The translations under genes were made by a program, and so were the position numbers. Of a DNA stretch of 64,000 bases, positions 36,515 to 46,328 are shown one piece after another (the stretch's first letter is position 1; every line of letters begins with the position of its first letter). The stretch is from Fidelibacterota bacterium MT.SAG.2 (lineage in GTDB: Bacteria > Fidelibacterota > SORT01), in NCBI GenBank assembly GCA_004402915.1, contig SORU01000005.1, positions 7,559-71,558 of the forward strand, written 5' to 3'. A model generated the notes under the pieces. It did not search any database. It had not been told where the DNA came from and worked only from the letters and a program-made list of their open reading frames with translations.

Positions 36515-39130
36515 ATGACGACAAAAGCGAAAGATGAGCTTACACCTCTCATGAAGCAATATTGGAAGATAAAAGCATCGAACCCCGATTCAATTCTGCT
36601 TTACCGGATGGGTGATTTTTATGAGACGTTCGCCGAAGATGCGAAAATTACGTCAAAAATTCTTGGAATAACTCTCACCGCTCGCGGAAAAGACGAAAAA
36701 GGCTCGAAAATTGCCTTAGCGGGTTTTCCCTGGCATTCTCTCGACACATATCTGCATAAATTAGTGAAAAGCGGCTACAAAGTGGCGATTTGCGAACAGG
36801 TGGAAGATCCTTCTCTATCCAAAGGGATCGTAAAAAGGGAGGTGGTTGAGATCGTTACGCCCGGCACGACGCTTTCCGATAAGATGCTTGAGGACGGGAA
36901 GAACAATTATATAGCCTCGATCTGCATAATTGACAATGAGGTCGGACTCTCATGGGCGGATGCTTCTACGGGCGCGTTTTCGGTTTCTGAAACAGACAAG
37001 ATGTCTCTGAATGAACGGTTGAGGTCGATTGATCCTTCAGAGATCCTGATACAACAGACGGACGGCGAGGGAGATGAGAATTTTCTGAACGGGATGTCGG
37101 CGATGGTGACGTCATTGGAAGATTGGATATTTTCGACGGATTATGCATATGAGCAGCTGACGGAGCAATTTAAAACGAAGAATCTCAAAGGATTCGGAAT
37201 TGAAGATCTGACGGTGGGCGTAAAGAGCGCCGGAGCTCTTCTTCATTACCTCGAACAGAATCATAAAGAGAGTTTGAGGCACTTTACGACAATTTCCGCT
37301 CACAACGAAGATTCCTTTATGGGATTGGATCAAACTACCGTCAGGAATTTAGAACTATTTGAACCGATGATGAGCGGCGCACAGCAGAGTTCTCTGTTAG
37401 ACGTTATAAATCGAACGAAAACGGCGATGGGTTCCCGGCTGTTACGTAATTGGCTCCGCAGTCCGCTCACTGAAATTAGCGACATAGAGAAACGGTTGGA
37501 GGTAGTGGACTTTTTTTCAGAGGAAAGCAATCTGAGGGATGAACTGAGAGCGCGCCTCGGAAATTTGAATGACATAGAGCGGCTGCTTTCAAGACTATCC
37601 TCCGGACGGGCATTGCCGAGGGACCTCGTTGCATTGAAACAGAGCCTGGCGCATATTCCGGAGCTCAAATTGCTGCTCAATTCCGTTAAGAACAAGGAAG
37701 TCAAAGCTTTGATCTCTCAATCGACCGATCTGAGCGAGCTGACCGGACTGATAAAATCCGCATTGAATGACGAACCACCGGCAACGAAAACAGACGGCGG
37801 ATATATCAGAGACGGTTATGACGAAGAATTAGATCAGCTTCGTTCTATCTCGTCATCTGGAAAGGAATGGATTGCCTCAATGCAGGCAAAGGAGAGGAAG
37901 CGGCTCGGAATTCCTTCGCTGAAGATAGGTTTTAACAAGGTCTTCGGTTACTATCTTGAAGTAACGAAAACGCACATAAGCAAGGTACCTGAGGATTTCA
38001 TAAGGAAGCAGACCCTTGTAAACACCGAGCGGTATATAACGCCTGAACTCAAAGAATATGAAGAGAAGGTTCTCGGTGCCGAGGAAAAGATAAAAGCGTT
38101 AGAGCTGAAACTTTTCGATAAAGTCCTTGATAAGGTATTGGATTCGGCGGGCGAGATTCAGTGGAATGCCGATGTTATAGCCAGGCTTGACGTTCTTTCG
38201 ACGTTCGGTCTGACGGCGGAGAGCGAAAATTGGACTCGTCCCGTTTTTGAGGATTCGACTCGTATCAGCATCAAAGACGGCAGGCACCCCGTTGTTGAAG
38301 ATCTACTGCCGCCGGGAGAGTCGTTCGTTCCGAATGACCTTGAAACCGACTGCCGTGACAGGCAGATACACCTCGTTACAGGACCGAACATGGCGGGTAA
38401 ATCGACTTATCTCCGACAGATAGCGATGATAGTTCTCCTCGCTCAGATAGGGAGTTTTGTTCCTGCGAGTAAATTGAAAATGGGAATAGTGGACAAGCTT
38501 TTCACTCGGGTAGGCGCATCGGATAACCTCGCCGGTGGTGAGAGTACCTTCTTAGTCGAGATGAACGAAACTGCGAATATACTCAATAACGCGACGGAGA
38601 GAAGTCTGATACTGTTGGACGAGATCGGGAGGGGAACAAGCACGTACGACGGTCTTTCGATAGCGTGGTCAGTGACCGAATATCTGCATAATAATCCGAA
38701 AGTAGCCGCCAAGACGCTTTTTGCCACTCATTATCATGAATTAGCGGAACTTGCGGAGCTGCTTCCGAGGGTTCATAATCTAAATGTAGCGGTAAAGGAG
38801 TACGGAGATAAAATTGTCTTTTTACGAAAAATAATTCCGGGAAGCTCCGACCATAGTTACGGAATTCAGGTGGCGCAGCTGGCAGGACTCCCCCGCTCCG
38901 TGATAGAAAGAGCTAAGGAAGTCCTCTGGGCATTGGAAACGCAATACTCTTCGCTGCAGAAACGGCGTGTGAAAAAAGAGAGTGTTTCCGAATATCAAAT
39001 AGGTATATTTGATGAGAAGGAAGCCAAGCTTAAAGAGGAACTTAAAAAGATCGACATTAACAGCATGACCCCGTTGGAAGCTATGGCGAAGCTGGACGAA
39101 CTTAAAAAAAAATGGGGATTGGAGAATTAA
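36515..39130 (+). CDS. mutS: DNA mismatch repair protein MutS
   Basis: TPLMKQYW, GPNMAGKSTYLRQ and DEIGRGTSTYDG motifs are present. Confidence 0.95.
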   Translation: MTTKAKDELTPLMKQYWKIKASNPDSILLYRMGDFYETFAEDAKITSKILGITLTARGKDEKGSKIALAGFPWHSLDTYLHKLVKSGYKVAICEQVEDPSLSKGIVKREVVEIVTPGTTLSDKMLEDGKNNYIASICIIDNEVGLSWADASTGAFSVSETDKMSLNERLRSIDPSEILIQQTDGEGDENFLNGMSAMVTSLEDWIFSTDYAYEQLTEQFKTKNLKGFGIEDLTVGVKSAGALLHYLEQNHKESLRHFTTISAHNEDSFMGLDQTTVRNLELFEPMMSGAQQSSLLDVINRTKTAMGSRLLRNWLRSPLTEISDIEKRLEVVDFFSEESNLRDELRARLGNLNDIERLLSRLSSGRALPRDLVALKQSLAHIPELKLLLNSVKNKEVKALISQSTDLSELTGLIKSALNDEPPATKTDGGYIRDGYDEELDQLRSISSSGKEWIASMQAKERKRLGIPSLKIGFNKVFGYYLEVTKTHISKVPEDFIRKQTLVNTERYITPELKEYEEKVLGAEEKIKALELKLFDKVLDKVLDSAGEIQWNADVIARLDVLSTFGLTAESENWTRPVFEDSTRISIKDGRHPVVEDLLPPGESFVPNDLETDCRDRQIHLVTGPNMAGKSTYLRQIAMIVLLAQIGSFVPASKLKMGIVDKLFTRVGASDNLAGGESTFLVEMNETANILNNATERSLILLDEIGRGTSTYDGLSIAWSVTEYLHNNPKVAAKTLFATHYHELAELAELLPRVHNLNVAVKEYGDKIVFLRKIIPGSSDHSYGIQVAQLAGLPRSVIERAKEVLWALETQYSSLQKRRVKKESVSEYQIGIFDEKEAKLKEELKKIDINSMTPLEAMAKLDELKKKWGLEN

Positions 39131-39162
39131 CCGGGAACCCGGATAGGGTTTGAATCGTAAAA

Positions 39163-40257
39163 TTGGCAACAAGTATGGTTATATTTAAAAAGAAAATTCG
39201 AATGTTTGTACTGCTCTTATCGGTAGTTTTCAGCTCTCAATCTCTGTTTGCTCAAAGCATCGCGAAATACGCCGGCGAGTTTATTTCTACAGGTGTGGGC
39301 GCGCGTGCGCTCGGGATGGGCAGCGCATTCGTCAGTGTTGTGGATGACGTAACGGCCGGTTACTGGAATGCCGCGGGTTTGGCTTCTATAGATTATCAAC
39401 AGGCGTCAGTTATGCATTCCGAACGATTTGCGGGAATAGTAAGCTATGATTACGCCGCTTATGCCCGTCCTTATGCCAATGACAGAGCCATCAGTTTCAG
39501 CATGATACGACTCGGAGTCGAGGGGATCCCGAATACGACCAACGCTCTATTGGATTACGGAACAGACGGCATTCCCGGAACAGACGATCCTGACGGCACG
39601 GAAGGGAACGGTCAACTTGATTTCGGAGAACGGTTAGACGAAGACGCCATAACAAAATTCAGCGATTCCGAGTGGGCATTCTATCTTTCTTACGGCAGAC
39701 AGCTGAACGAGCGATTCGCCTACGGCGGCAGCGTTAAATTCTTACGCAAAGCTTTTGCTAATCACTCCGCCAACGGAATCGGATTCGATGTCGCAATGAA
39801 ATATCGTTTCAGGGATAGATGGTTCATCGGCGCGAACTTGCAGGACGTTACCACCACTCTGCTTGCATGGGACACCGGAACCAAAGAACTCATCTCTCCA
39901 ACACTGCGTTCGGGAATCTCCACTATAGTAAAACTGCCCTTTTCTGAAGCATGGCTGATGCCGAGCATAGAATTCGTGACCCGTACAGACGGTGACAGGT
40001 CGTTTTCTTCTGATGGAATCGGACTCGGAACGTCGTTTACTTCCTTCACTTTCGGAGGGGAACTCCACGTGAATGACCGTTTGATACTTCGGGCAGGACG
40101 AGGGGAGGTCGAACCGTTCAGCGCGGGTATCGGTATCAAGGTCAGGGGGGCGACGGTTGATTATTCGTTCGGCTCCGTCGGCTCGCAGGAAAATCTCGGC
40201 GATACACATCGTGTATCTCTCTTGGTTGATTTTAATTCGGGACTTTGGATAGAGTAA
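39163..40257 (+). CDS. PorV/PorQ-like outer-membrane beta-barrel protein
   Basis: After the signal peptide comes GVGARALGMGSAFVSVVDDVTAGYWNAAGLAS, as in PorV/PorQ (FadL-like) family N-termini. Confidence 0.5.
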   Translation: MATSMVIFKKKIRMFVLLLSVVFSSQSLFAQSIAKYAGEFISTGVGARALGMGSAFVSVVDDVTAGYWNAAGLASIDYQQASVMHSERFAGIVSYDYAAYARPYANDRAISFSMIRLGVEGIPNTTNALLDYGTDGIPGTDDPDGTEGNGQLDFGERLDEDAITKFSDSEWAFYLSYGRQLNERFAYGGSVKFLRKAFANHSANGIGFDVAMKYRFRDRWFIGANLQDVTTTLLAWDTGTKELISPTLRSGISTIVKLPFSEAWLMPSIEFVTRTDGDRSFSSDGIGLGTSFTSFTFGGELHVNDRLILRAGRGEVEPFSAGIGIKVRGATVDYSFGSVGSQENLGDTHRVSLLVDFNSGLWIE

Positions 40258-40269
40258 CCTTTTTTCTTT

Positions 40270-40810
40270 TGTGTCGGTTGGAGCTTGTGCCAAAGACACA
40301 TCACAGAAGCTTTGAACGAACCTCATTGTCATTGCGCATCCGCCAGTTGGCGAATGCGGCAATCTCAAAACTTCCTGTAGCAACAATTACGAGATTACCA
40401 CGTCATCAGCCGGTTGGCTGATTTCTCGTAATGACGATAGTTTAATACTCTTGACACACCCCGTCATTTTGATAAATCAAAATGCCACCCCTCGTGATAG
40501 TAGGGAATATTTTATCCCCTCCTTTTCAAGGAGGGGAAACGCGCAAGCGTGGGGTGGTTTATTATTGAGTGCTGTCAGGGCTCCAAGGGAGTTTCTTTTA
40601 CACAAGCGATAACCTATACTACAATCATCTCCCCTTGAGGGGAGTGTCCGTCAACAGACGGACGAGGGGTGTAACCGTTCTGTGCGCAAAATATAAAAGA
40701 AAATACTGATCACACCCTTTCCCGATAAATCGGGATGACACCTGTGGTAATGTCACCCTCAAGGGAGCCTGCCCGGCATCGGTCTGGCGGGGAGGTTTTG
40801 AATCCCACCC
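40270..40810. repeat. cluster of at least 10 short GC-rich hairpins in recurring modules (REP/MITE-like or structured RNA)
   Basis: Hairpins lie at 40270-40300, 40335-40358, 40405-40422, 40465-40484, 40516-40536, 40539-40550 (GCAA loop), 40629-40644, 40646-40663, 40720-40735 and 40768-40794. There is no credible ORF. Confidence 0.75.
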
Positions 40811-40934
40811 TTGTAAATGAGGAGAATGAGTCAGGTTTGCAGCTTACTCTATGGCTTGACAGTTGGCATTGGCGTAAATAACTTATGCTAAGTAAATTTT
40901 CAATAACGTTACATTTAGCTCAGAGGGAAAAGTC

Positions 40935-43004
40935 ATGAAAAGATTTAAAGTAGTAATAATGCTTCTGCTTGCGGGGGCGGCAGTGACAGCGGGATGCACC
41001 AAGAAGGAATCGGGCGATACAAGTACAAATGGCGAGAGAAAATATTTTTTGGAGAAGGTTCGTAACGTAATGGTGGTACAGGTTTATGCGGACGGGTTTA
41101 AAGACTTGACGTTGAAGGAAAAGATGCTGGCGTGGCACCTGTATAGGTCGGGGATAGCGGGTCGCGACATCTATTACGATCAAAATCACAAGCACGCATT
41201 GCAGATCCGGAATATTCTTGAAGCGATAGTTGAGAATCCCGAAGGAATTGATGAAAAAGTGTATAGCGGAATTCTTGAATACACAAAGCTTTTCTGGATA
41301 AATAACTGTCAATATGACGCGGATAAATCGAGGAAGTTCATTCCGAACGTAAGTTATATCAACTTCTCAAAAGCGGCGTCTATCGCCGAGACAAACGGAG
41401 CTGATTTCGGTTTGGAAGAAGGTGAAGACCTTGACGAGGTTTTGAGCTATTTAAGACCATATATTTTTGACAGGGATTTTGAACCTATCAAGACCAATAA
41501 GAATCCTGAAGAGGGAAAAGATATGCTGGCTGAGAGCGCCGTGAATTTCTATGATGGCGTAACGTTAGCGGACTTTGAAGGATTTGAGGAGAAGAACTCG
41601 TTGAATTCCAAAGTCGTTGTGGAAAACGGAGAGCTGAGAGAGCTCGTATATAGAGCAGGCGGAGACGGGATAGAGCCGGGAATGTACGCCGAAGAGCTCG
41701 AAGCGTCTGCGAGAGAATTGGAGGAAGCGGCTGAATATGCCGAACCGGATCAGGCGAATGTTCTTAGACTGCTTGCCAAGTATTTCCGGACGGGCGATTT
41801 AGAAGATTTTCGGACGTATAACATCGCATGGGTTCAAAACGGCACAAAAATTGATATAATAAACGGCTTTATAGAAGTATATAATGATCCTCGCGGGCAG
41901 AAGGGTTACTATGAGGCAATGCTCGAATTAGTGGATGAAGAAAATACGAGTATGTTGAGGGCATTCGCGGAAAACGCTTTGTATTTTGAACAAAAGGCTC
42001 CCTGGGCTGATGAATACAAACGCGCCGTGATAAGCGCTCCTATAGCAAATGTAGTCTATGCTCTGTTGGGAGCAGGCGCTGCCGGTCCGAAGAGTCCCCG
42101 CGGAATCAACCTCCCGAATGAGCAGGCAATAAGGGAGGAGTATGGCTCCAAAAGTGTTGTGCTGGGGAATGTTGTCATAGCAAGGCATGTAGCCAGCGCC
42201 ACTGCGAAGATGGAAGAGTTTGCCGTCTCAGATGAGATGAGGGCGAGAGCTAAAAAATTCGGTGGATTGATCTTCGATTTAGAAGTTGCGATGCACGAGG
42301 TGGTTGGTCATGCTTCAGGCAAAAAAGCCGCTGATCTTGAAGGCGATCCGGCGGATTATATCAAAGAATATTATTCTACATTGGAAGAAGCGCGGGCTGA
42401 ACTCGTGGCGCTCTGGAATTTCTTTGACCCAAAATTAGTTGAAATGGGAGTCGCTCCCTCAACGGAAGTCGGAAAAGCCGGTTATGATGCTTACGCGATG
42501 GGGGCTCTCACAAATCTCAGGAAAGTTCCTGAAGGCGATCAGTTCGAGGAAGACCATGACCGCGCTACGCACTTGATAGTTGAATACGTCAGGCGAAACA
42601 CATCCGGCATCGAGCTGAAGAAAATTGACGGGAAAACTTATTTCGAGGTCGTTGACTACGATGAGATGCATCGTGGTATTGGGGAAATTCTTTCCAAATT
42701 GATGGAGATAAAGGCGACGGGCGACTATGAAGGCGCGAAAGCTATAATCTCCGAATATGGTATAAAGATAGATACCGAGCTCAGAGATGAGATATTGGAA
42801 CGGTCACTTGCAATAGGCATTTCAGATTTCGATGTGGTTGTGTATCCAAGACTGACACCTCTCTATGGAGCTGAAGGCTCTATAATAGATATAGATATCT
42901 CATATCCGATGGATCTGAAGACTCAGATGCTTGATTTTAAGCATTTCTTTGATGAAGAGGAAAAGGATGAAGAAGTTGATACCCAAGAAGTTGTAATTAA
43001 ATAG
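40935..43004 (+). CDS. dipeptidyl-peptidase III-like M49 metallopeptidase (lipoprotein)
   Basis: The signal ends in TAGC. Zinc motifs HEVVGH (HExxGH) and EEARAE (EExRAE) define M49. Confidence 0.8.
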   Translation: MKRFKVVIMLLLAGAAVTAGCTKKESGDTSTNGERKYFLEKVRNVMVVQVYADGFKDLTLKEKMLAWHLYRSGIAGRDIYYDQNHKHALQIRNILEAIVENPEGIDEKVYSGILEYTKLFWINNCQYDADKSRKFIPNVSYINFSKAASIAETNGADFGLEEGEDLDEVLSYLRPYIFDRDFEPIKTNKNPEEGKDMLAESAVNFYDGVTLADFEGFEEKNSLNSKVVVENGELRELVYRAGGDGIEPGMYAEELEASARELEEAAEYAEPDQANVLRLLAKYFRTGDLEDFRTYNIAWVQNGTKIDIINGFIEVYNDPRGQKGYYEAMLELVDEENTSMLRAFAENALYFEQKAPWADEYKRAVISAPIANVVYALLGAGAAGPKSPRGINLPNEQAIREEYGSKSVVLGNVVIARHVASATAKMEEFAVSDEMRARAKKFGGLIFDLEVAMHEVVGHASGKKAADLEGDPADYIKEYYSTLEEARAELVALWNFFDPKLVEMGVAPSTEVGKAGYDAYAMGALTNLRKVPEGDQFEEDHDRATHLIVEYVRRNTSGIELKKIDGKTYFEVVDYDEMHRGIGEILSKLMEIKATGDYEGAKAIISEYGIKIDTELRDEILERSLAIGISDFDVVVYPRLTPLYGAEGSIIDIDISYPMDLKTQMLDFKHFFDEEEKDEEVDTQEVVIK

Positions 43005-43030
43005 TTTCGTTTATAAGAATTTTAGTTCTG

Positions 43031-43060
43031 AAAGGGCGGGTTATCAACCTGCCCTTTTTT
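43031..43060 (+). terminator. rho-independent terminator after the M49 peptidase gene
   Basis: The stem AAAGGGCGGG...CCTGCCCTTT is followed by a T-run. Confidence 0.6.
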
Positions 43061-44718
43061 CATAATCCCGGTTTCACCATAATTGATTTTTCGTTCTTGA
43101 TGTGCACCGTTCCGGGCGGTCCCCCTCTCTTCTTCCAAACGTATTTGCACAAAGTGTATATAACAGGCGCTATTCCGGAGTGTTTCTGCTTGCTGTGCCG
43201 CGCGGCAAGTTGAGCCGCGAATACGATGACATCGCGTGGAAACGGGATACCTTTTTTCAGCGCAGGAACTACGACATGGGATCCTTGCGCCCCCTGCACA
43301 TGAAGCCAAAGATCGTTTTTCTTTCCTATCTTAAAAGTCAGTTTATCGTTGTCTTTGGCGCTTTTGCCTACATACGCGGTATAGCCTTGGGGAGCATCGA
43401 ATTCACGGTAAGGGAGAGAGGGGGCGTCTTGTTTTTGCCTGTTAGAGCGAATCGCAGGAAGCCGTTTTTTAAGAAAATTCTTCTCAAACAAGTCCCATTC
43501 TTTAAGAGTGTTAACAGATTCGAGCTTCTCCACCAATTCGGTAAGTTCGGGAATCGTTTTTTCTCCCGCACTGATAGCCCGGAGAAGTTTTTTTTCTCCC
43601 GAATGCGCAGATTTTGCTTTTTTGTAATAGTATTGGGCGTTTGAAGCAGGTGAGAGGTTGTTATTGAGTTTGACGACCATTTCATTTCCATCAAAATCTG
43701 ATAGGGATATTTCTGTCATCCCTGTTTTGATATTATGGAGGTTAGACATCAGAACATCGCCGATCTTGTGCCAATCTTGCCGCTCTTTTAGTCTGATGAG
43801 ATCTGTCTTTTGTTTTTTTGTCCGTTCACGCAGTGAGTTCAATTTGAGCCGTAAGGATTTTCGGGTTTCCGTCTTTTTCGCTGACAAAGTAGTGTAAGAG
43901 TTTTGCAATATTATGAATTCAGCCACGGCATCATTTGCCGAGTCAAATGAGATATGCCGGACTCCGTCCAAATGTTCAGGTCTGAAGAGTGTCAGTAGAG
44001 GAGGAGAGGTTCTATAAACTGTCAGTTCCGGCGAAGAGATGGCGGCAGTGACTTTTTTATAAGCCTTCCAAATCCTTTTTATTGACCCGTCGTCGATCTC
44101 ATGGCTTTTGTGGTCATAGGAAAAATCAGAAAGAAATGCAATTTCACGGGCGGAAGTCTGGTCTAATGAATGGAAGGAGTTTCGCAGCGCCCTTGACAGT
44201 TTGACGGATGGATTACTCCTGAAGCTTTGCTTCAGAATCGATGAATTTGTTATCTGAGTTCTTTTTAGAGGCGGAAATTCTTTTTCATAGTTTCGTCCTT
44301 TCAATTTCGAGGAACTTTTAAAACTGTCTATGATCTCATTTTCATCATTCAAAAGCAGAGCGTTCGGCTGGTATCCGAACAGAACAAATTTTAATGAAAC
44401 ACCATCTTCAAAAATCAGCGATAACTCCCGATTTGTCAGAGATGATTTAATTGATAGTAGTTCCAAGCCATTCAATCCTTTAAAGAGCTCCACGACCTGC
44501 TTTCTTTTCGGCTTGAAATCTCCTTCCTTAAAATAGAGGTAAGGCTCGTTTTTGGCGGCATTGAAGAAGAGTGTGTTAGGCTCTTTTTTACCGAATATTA
44601 TCAAAAGTTCGCTCTTACGGAAAGTGAATCCGGCATGGAATTTTTTCCCGCTGAGCGCAGAGTCAAAATTTTCTGCGAGAAGGTTTAATATTTTCAGGTC
44701 AGTCAGCATAATATTCAA
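43060..44718 (-). CDS. NFACT/RqcH-like ribosome quality-control protein (FbpA N-terminal plus DUF814)
   Basis: The 552-aa protein has the C-terminal DLWLHVQGAQGSHVVV (NFACT-R/DUF814) motif and a coiled-coil middle. Confidence 0.7.
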   Translation of the reverse strand: MNIMLTDLKILNLLAENFDSALSGKKFHAGFTFRKSELLIIFGKKEPNTLFFNAAKNEPYLYFKEGDFKPKRKQVVELFKGLNGLELLSIKSSLTNRELSLIFEDGVSLKFVLFGYQPNALLLNDENEIIDSFKSSSKLKGRNYEKEFPPLKRTQITNSSILKQSFRSNPSVKLSRALRNSFHSLDQTSAREIAFLSDFSYDHKSHEIDDGSIKRIWKAYKKVTAAISSPELTVYRTSPPLLTLFRPEHLDGVRHISFDSANDAVAEFIILQNSYTTLSAKKTETRKSLRLKLNSLRERTKKQKTDLIRLKERQDWHKIGDVLMSNLHNIKTGMTEISLSDFDGNEMVVKLNNNLSPASNAQYYYKKAKSAHSGEKKLLRAISAGEKTIPELTELVEKLESVNTLKEWDLFEKNFLKKRLPAIRSNRQKQDAPSLPYREFDAPQGYTAYVGKSAKDNDKLTFKIGKKNDLWLHVQGAQGSHVVVPALKKGIPFPRDVIVFAAQLAARHSKQKHSGIAPVIYTLCKYVWKKRGGPPGTVHIKNEKSIMVKPGL

Positions 44719-44871
44719 GTCAATTAACAGGTCTGAATTTAAGGTAAACCAACCATTTATAACAACAAGATTGATATTGACAATCCTATAAATATACTAT
44801 ATCTTTCTATGCTTAGAATAAAATGGATGAGAATGCCCTTTAGAGGCTGAAAATTAAGGATTTAAGGTAGG

Positions 44872-45744
44872 ATGTTGCAAAGTATGACAGGATTCGGAAG
44901 AGGCGAGGCAATGGGTGAAAAGTGCGTCGTATCGGTCGAATTACGCTCTGTGAATAACCGTTATTGCGATGTGATCATGCGGAATAATAAAGGATATATG
45001 GCGTGGGACGAGGAGATCAAAAAACAGATACAAAAACGGCTTAAACGAGGAAAGATATTTTGTAATTTGCATATTGAAGAAAGCAAGTCCAACGGCGATC
45101 TTTCAAAGTTGGATTCAGAAGCTGTAAAAAACTATGCAACCCTTCTTGGGGAGATAAAGAAACACGCCGGGATAGAAGAACCTATAAAACTCAGTCACCT
45201 TCTTGGGAATAACAATATTTTCGTTCAACCGAGTAAAGACGATATTGAAGAGCTGAAGAAATTAGCCTTTGAGGCTCTTGAGGTTGCGATCACTGAATTA
45301 ACAGGGATGAGAAACGGAGAGGGAGAGAAACTCTCCTCGGATATAGTCGAGAGGGTGTCGGATGTGCAGAAAAGAGTCGACGAAATTGGACAATTATCGG
45401 AAAACAATTCCTCGAAGCAGTTCGAGAAATTGAAGCAGCGTGTGGATGAACTGCTTCGTGAACGGATAGAGCCGGGGAAATTAGATTATGAGCTTGCGGT
45501 CCTGTCGGACAAGCTTGATATCACTGAGGAATGCGTGCGCTTAAAGAGTCACATTAAACAGTTCCTAACGTATATTGAGATTGATGAACCTGTGGGAAAA
45601 CGTCTTGATTTTTTGCTTCAGGAAATGAACAGGGAATCGAATACTATCGCATCGAAAAGTAATGAAAACGGGATTGCTCACATAGTTGTTGAAATGAAGA
45701 ATCAGATAGAATCTATGCGTGAGCAGGTTCAAAACGTAATTTAA
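44872..45744 (+). CDS. yicC: YicC family stress-induced protein
   Basis: The MLQSMTGFGRGE N-terminus and the C-terminal DUF1732-like EMNRE.NT motif are present. Confidence 0.9.
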   Translation: MLQSMTGFGRGEAMGEKCVVSVELRSVNNRYCDVIMRNNKGYMAWDEEIKKQIQKRLKRGKIFCNLHIEESKSNGDLSKLDSEAVKNYATLLGEIKKHAGIEEPIKLSHLLGNNNIFVQPSKDDIEELKKLAFEALEVAITELTGMRNGEGEKLSSDIVERVSDVQKRVDEIGQLSENNSSKQFEKLKQRVDELLRERIEPGKLDYELAVLSDKLDITEECVRLKSHIKQFLTYIEIDEPVGKRLDFLLQEMNRESNTIASKSNENGIAHIVVEMKNQIESMREQVQNVI

Positions 45745-45777
45745 ACAAGGAAGTACGACATTAGCAGAGGTATTCTT

Positions 45778-46323
45778 GTGGTAGTATGCGCACCATCCGG
45801 TTCAGGAAAGACGTCGATATGCAGGGCATATATGCGTAGAGACGACCGCGCGAAGTATTCGGTATCCTTGACCACCCGTCCTCCAAGAGCCGGTGAGATT
45901 CACGGAGAAGACTATAAGTTTGTAACCGATCAAGAATTTACCGAAGCGATAGAAAGAGATGAATTTGTTGAGTATGAGAAGGTTCACGATTGGATGTACG
46001 GCACTCCTAAAACTGAAATTGAAGATGCCATTGCTAATGGAGAAACCTTACTCATCGATATCGACGTAAAAGGAGGGATAGAGATAAAATCGAAATATCC
46101 TGAGGACACACTCACGATCTTTATTAAGCCGCCATCTATAGAAGAATTGAAGAAACGGCTTCGGGGTCGCGGAAGTGAATCTGAAAAAAAGATTGAAAGG
46201 CGGTTGGAACGGTATGAGCTCGAGCTGTCAAAGGCGAACAATTTTGATACAATTATTAAAAATGATGATTTCGGAGAAGCTGTTGATCAGTTTTCTGAAG
46301 CAATAAATGCTCAAGGAGGTTAA
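45778..46323 (+). CDS. gmk: guanylate kinase
   Basis: The P-loop is APSGSGKTS and TTRPPR is present. The in-frame upstream codons (ISRGIL) also look Gmk-like but contain no ATG/GTG/TTG. Confidence 0.9.
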   Translation: MVVCAPSGSGKTSICRAYMRRDDRAKYSVSLTTRPPRAGEIHGEDYKFVTDQEFTEAIERDEFVEYEKVHDWMYGTPKTEIEDAIANGETLLIDIDVKGGIEIKSKYPEDTLTIFIKPPSIEELKKRLRGRGSESEKKIERRLERYELELSKANNFDTIIKNDDFGEAVDQFSEAINAQGG

Positions 46324-46328
46324 AACAA

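Noticed and set aside
39742-40386. 214-aa minus-strand ORF extending into the hairpin island
   Set aside because: It is antisense to the PorV-like gene. Its N-terminus is translated from palindromic repeat DNA and has no recognisable domain.
40856-40885. Sigma-70-like promoter (TTGACA ... TAAATA/TAACTT) upstream of the M49 peptidase gene
   Set aside because: The spacer lengths do not fit well (13-14 or 17 nt to weak -10 candidates). FCB-group promoters also use a different consensus, so the support is too weak to annotate.
45742-45780. Non-canonical (ATT) start for gmk suggested by Gmk-like upstream codons ISRGIL
   Set aside because: The GTG at 45778 still leaves an intact P-loop (MVVCAPSGSGKT). 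I cannot distinguish the alternatives from sequence alone.
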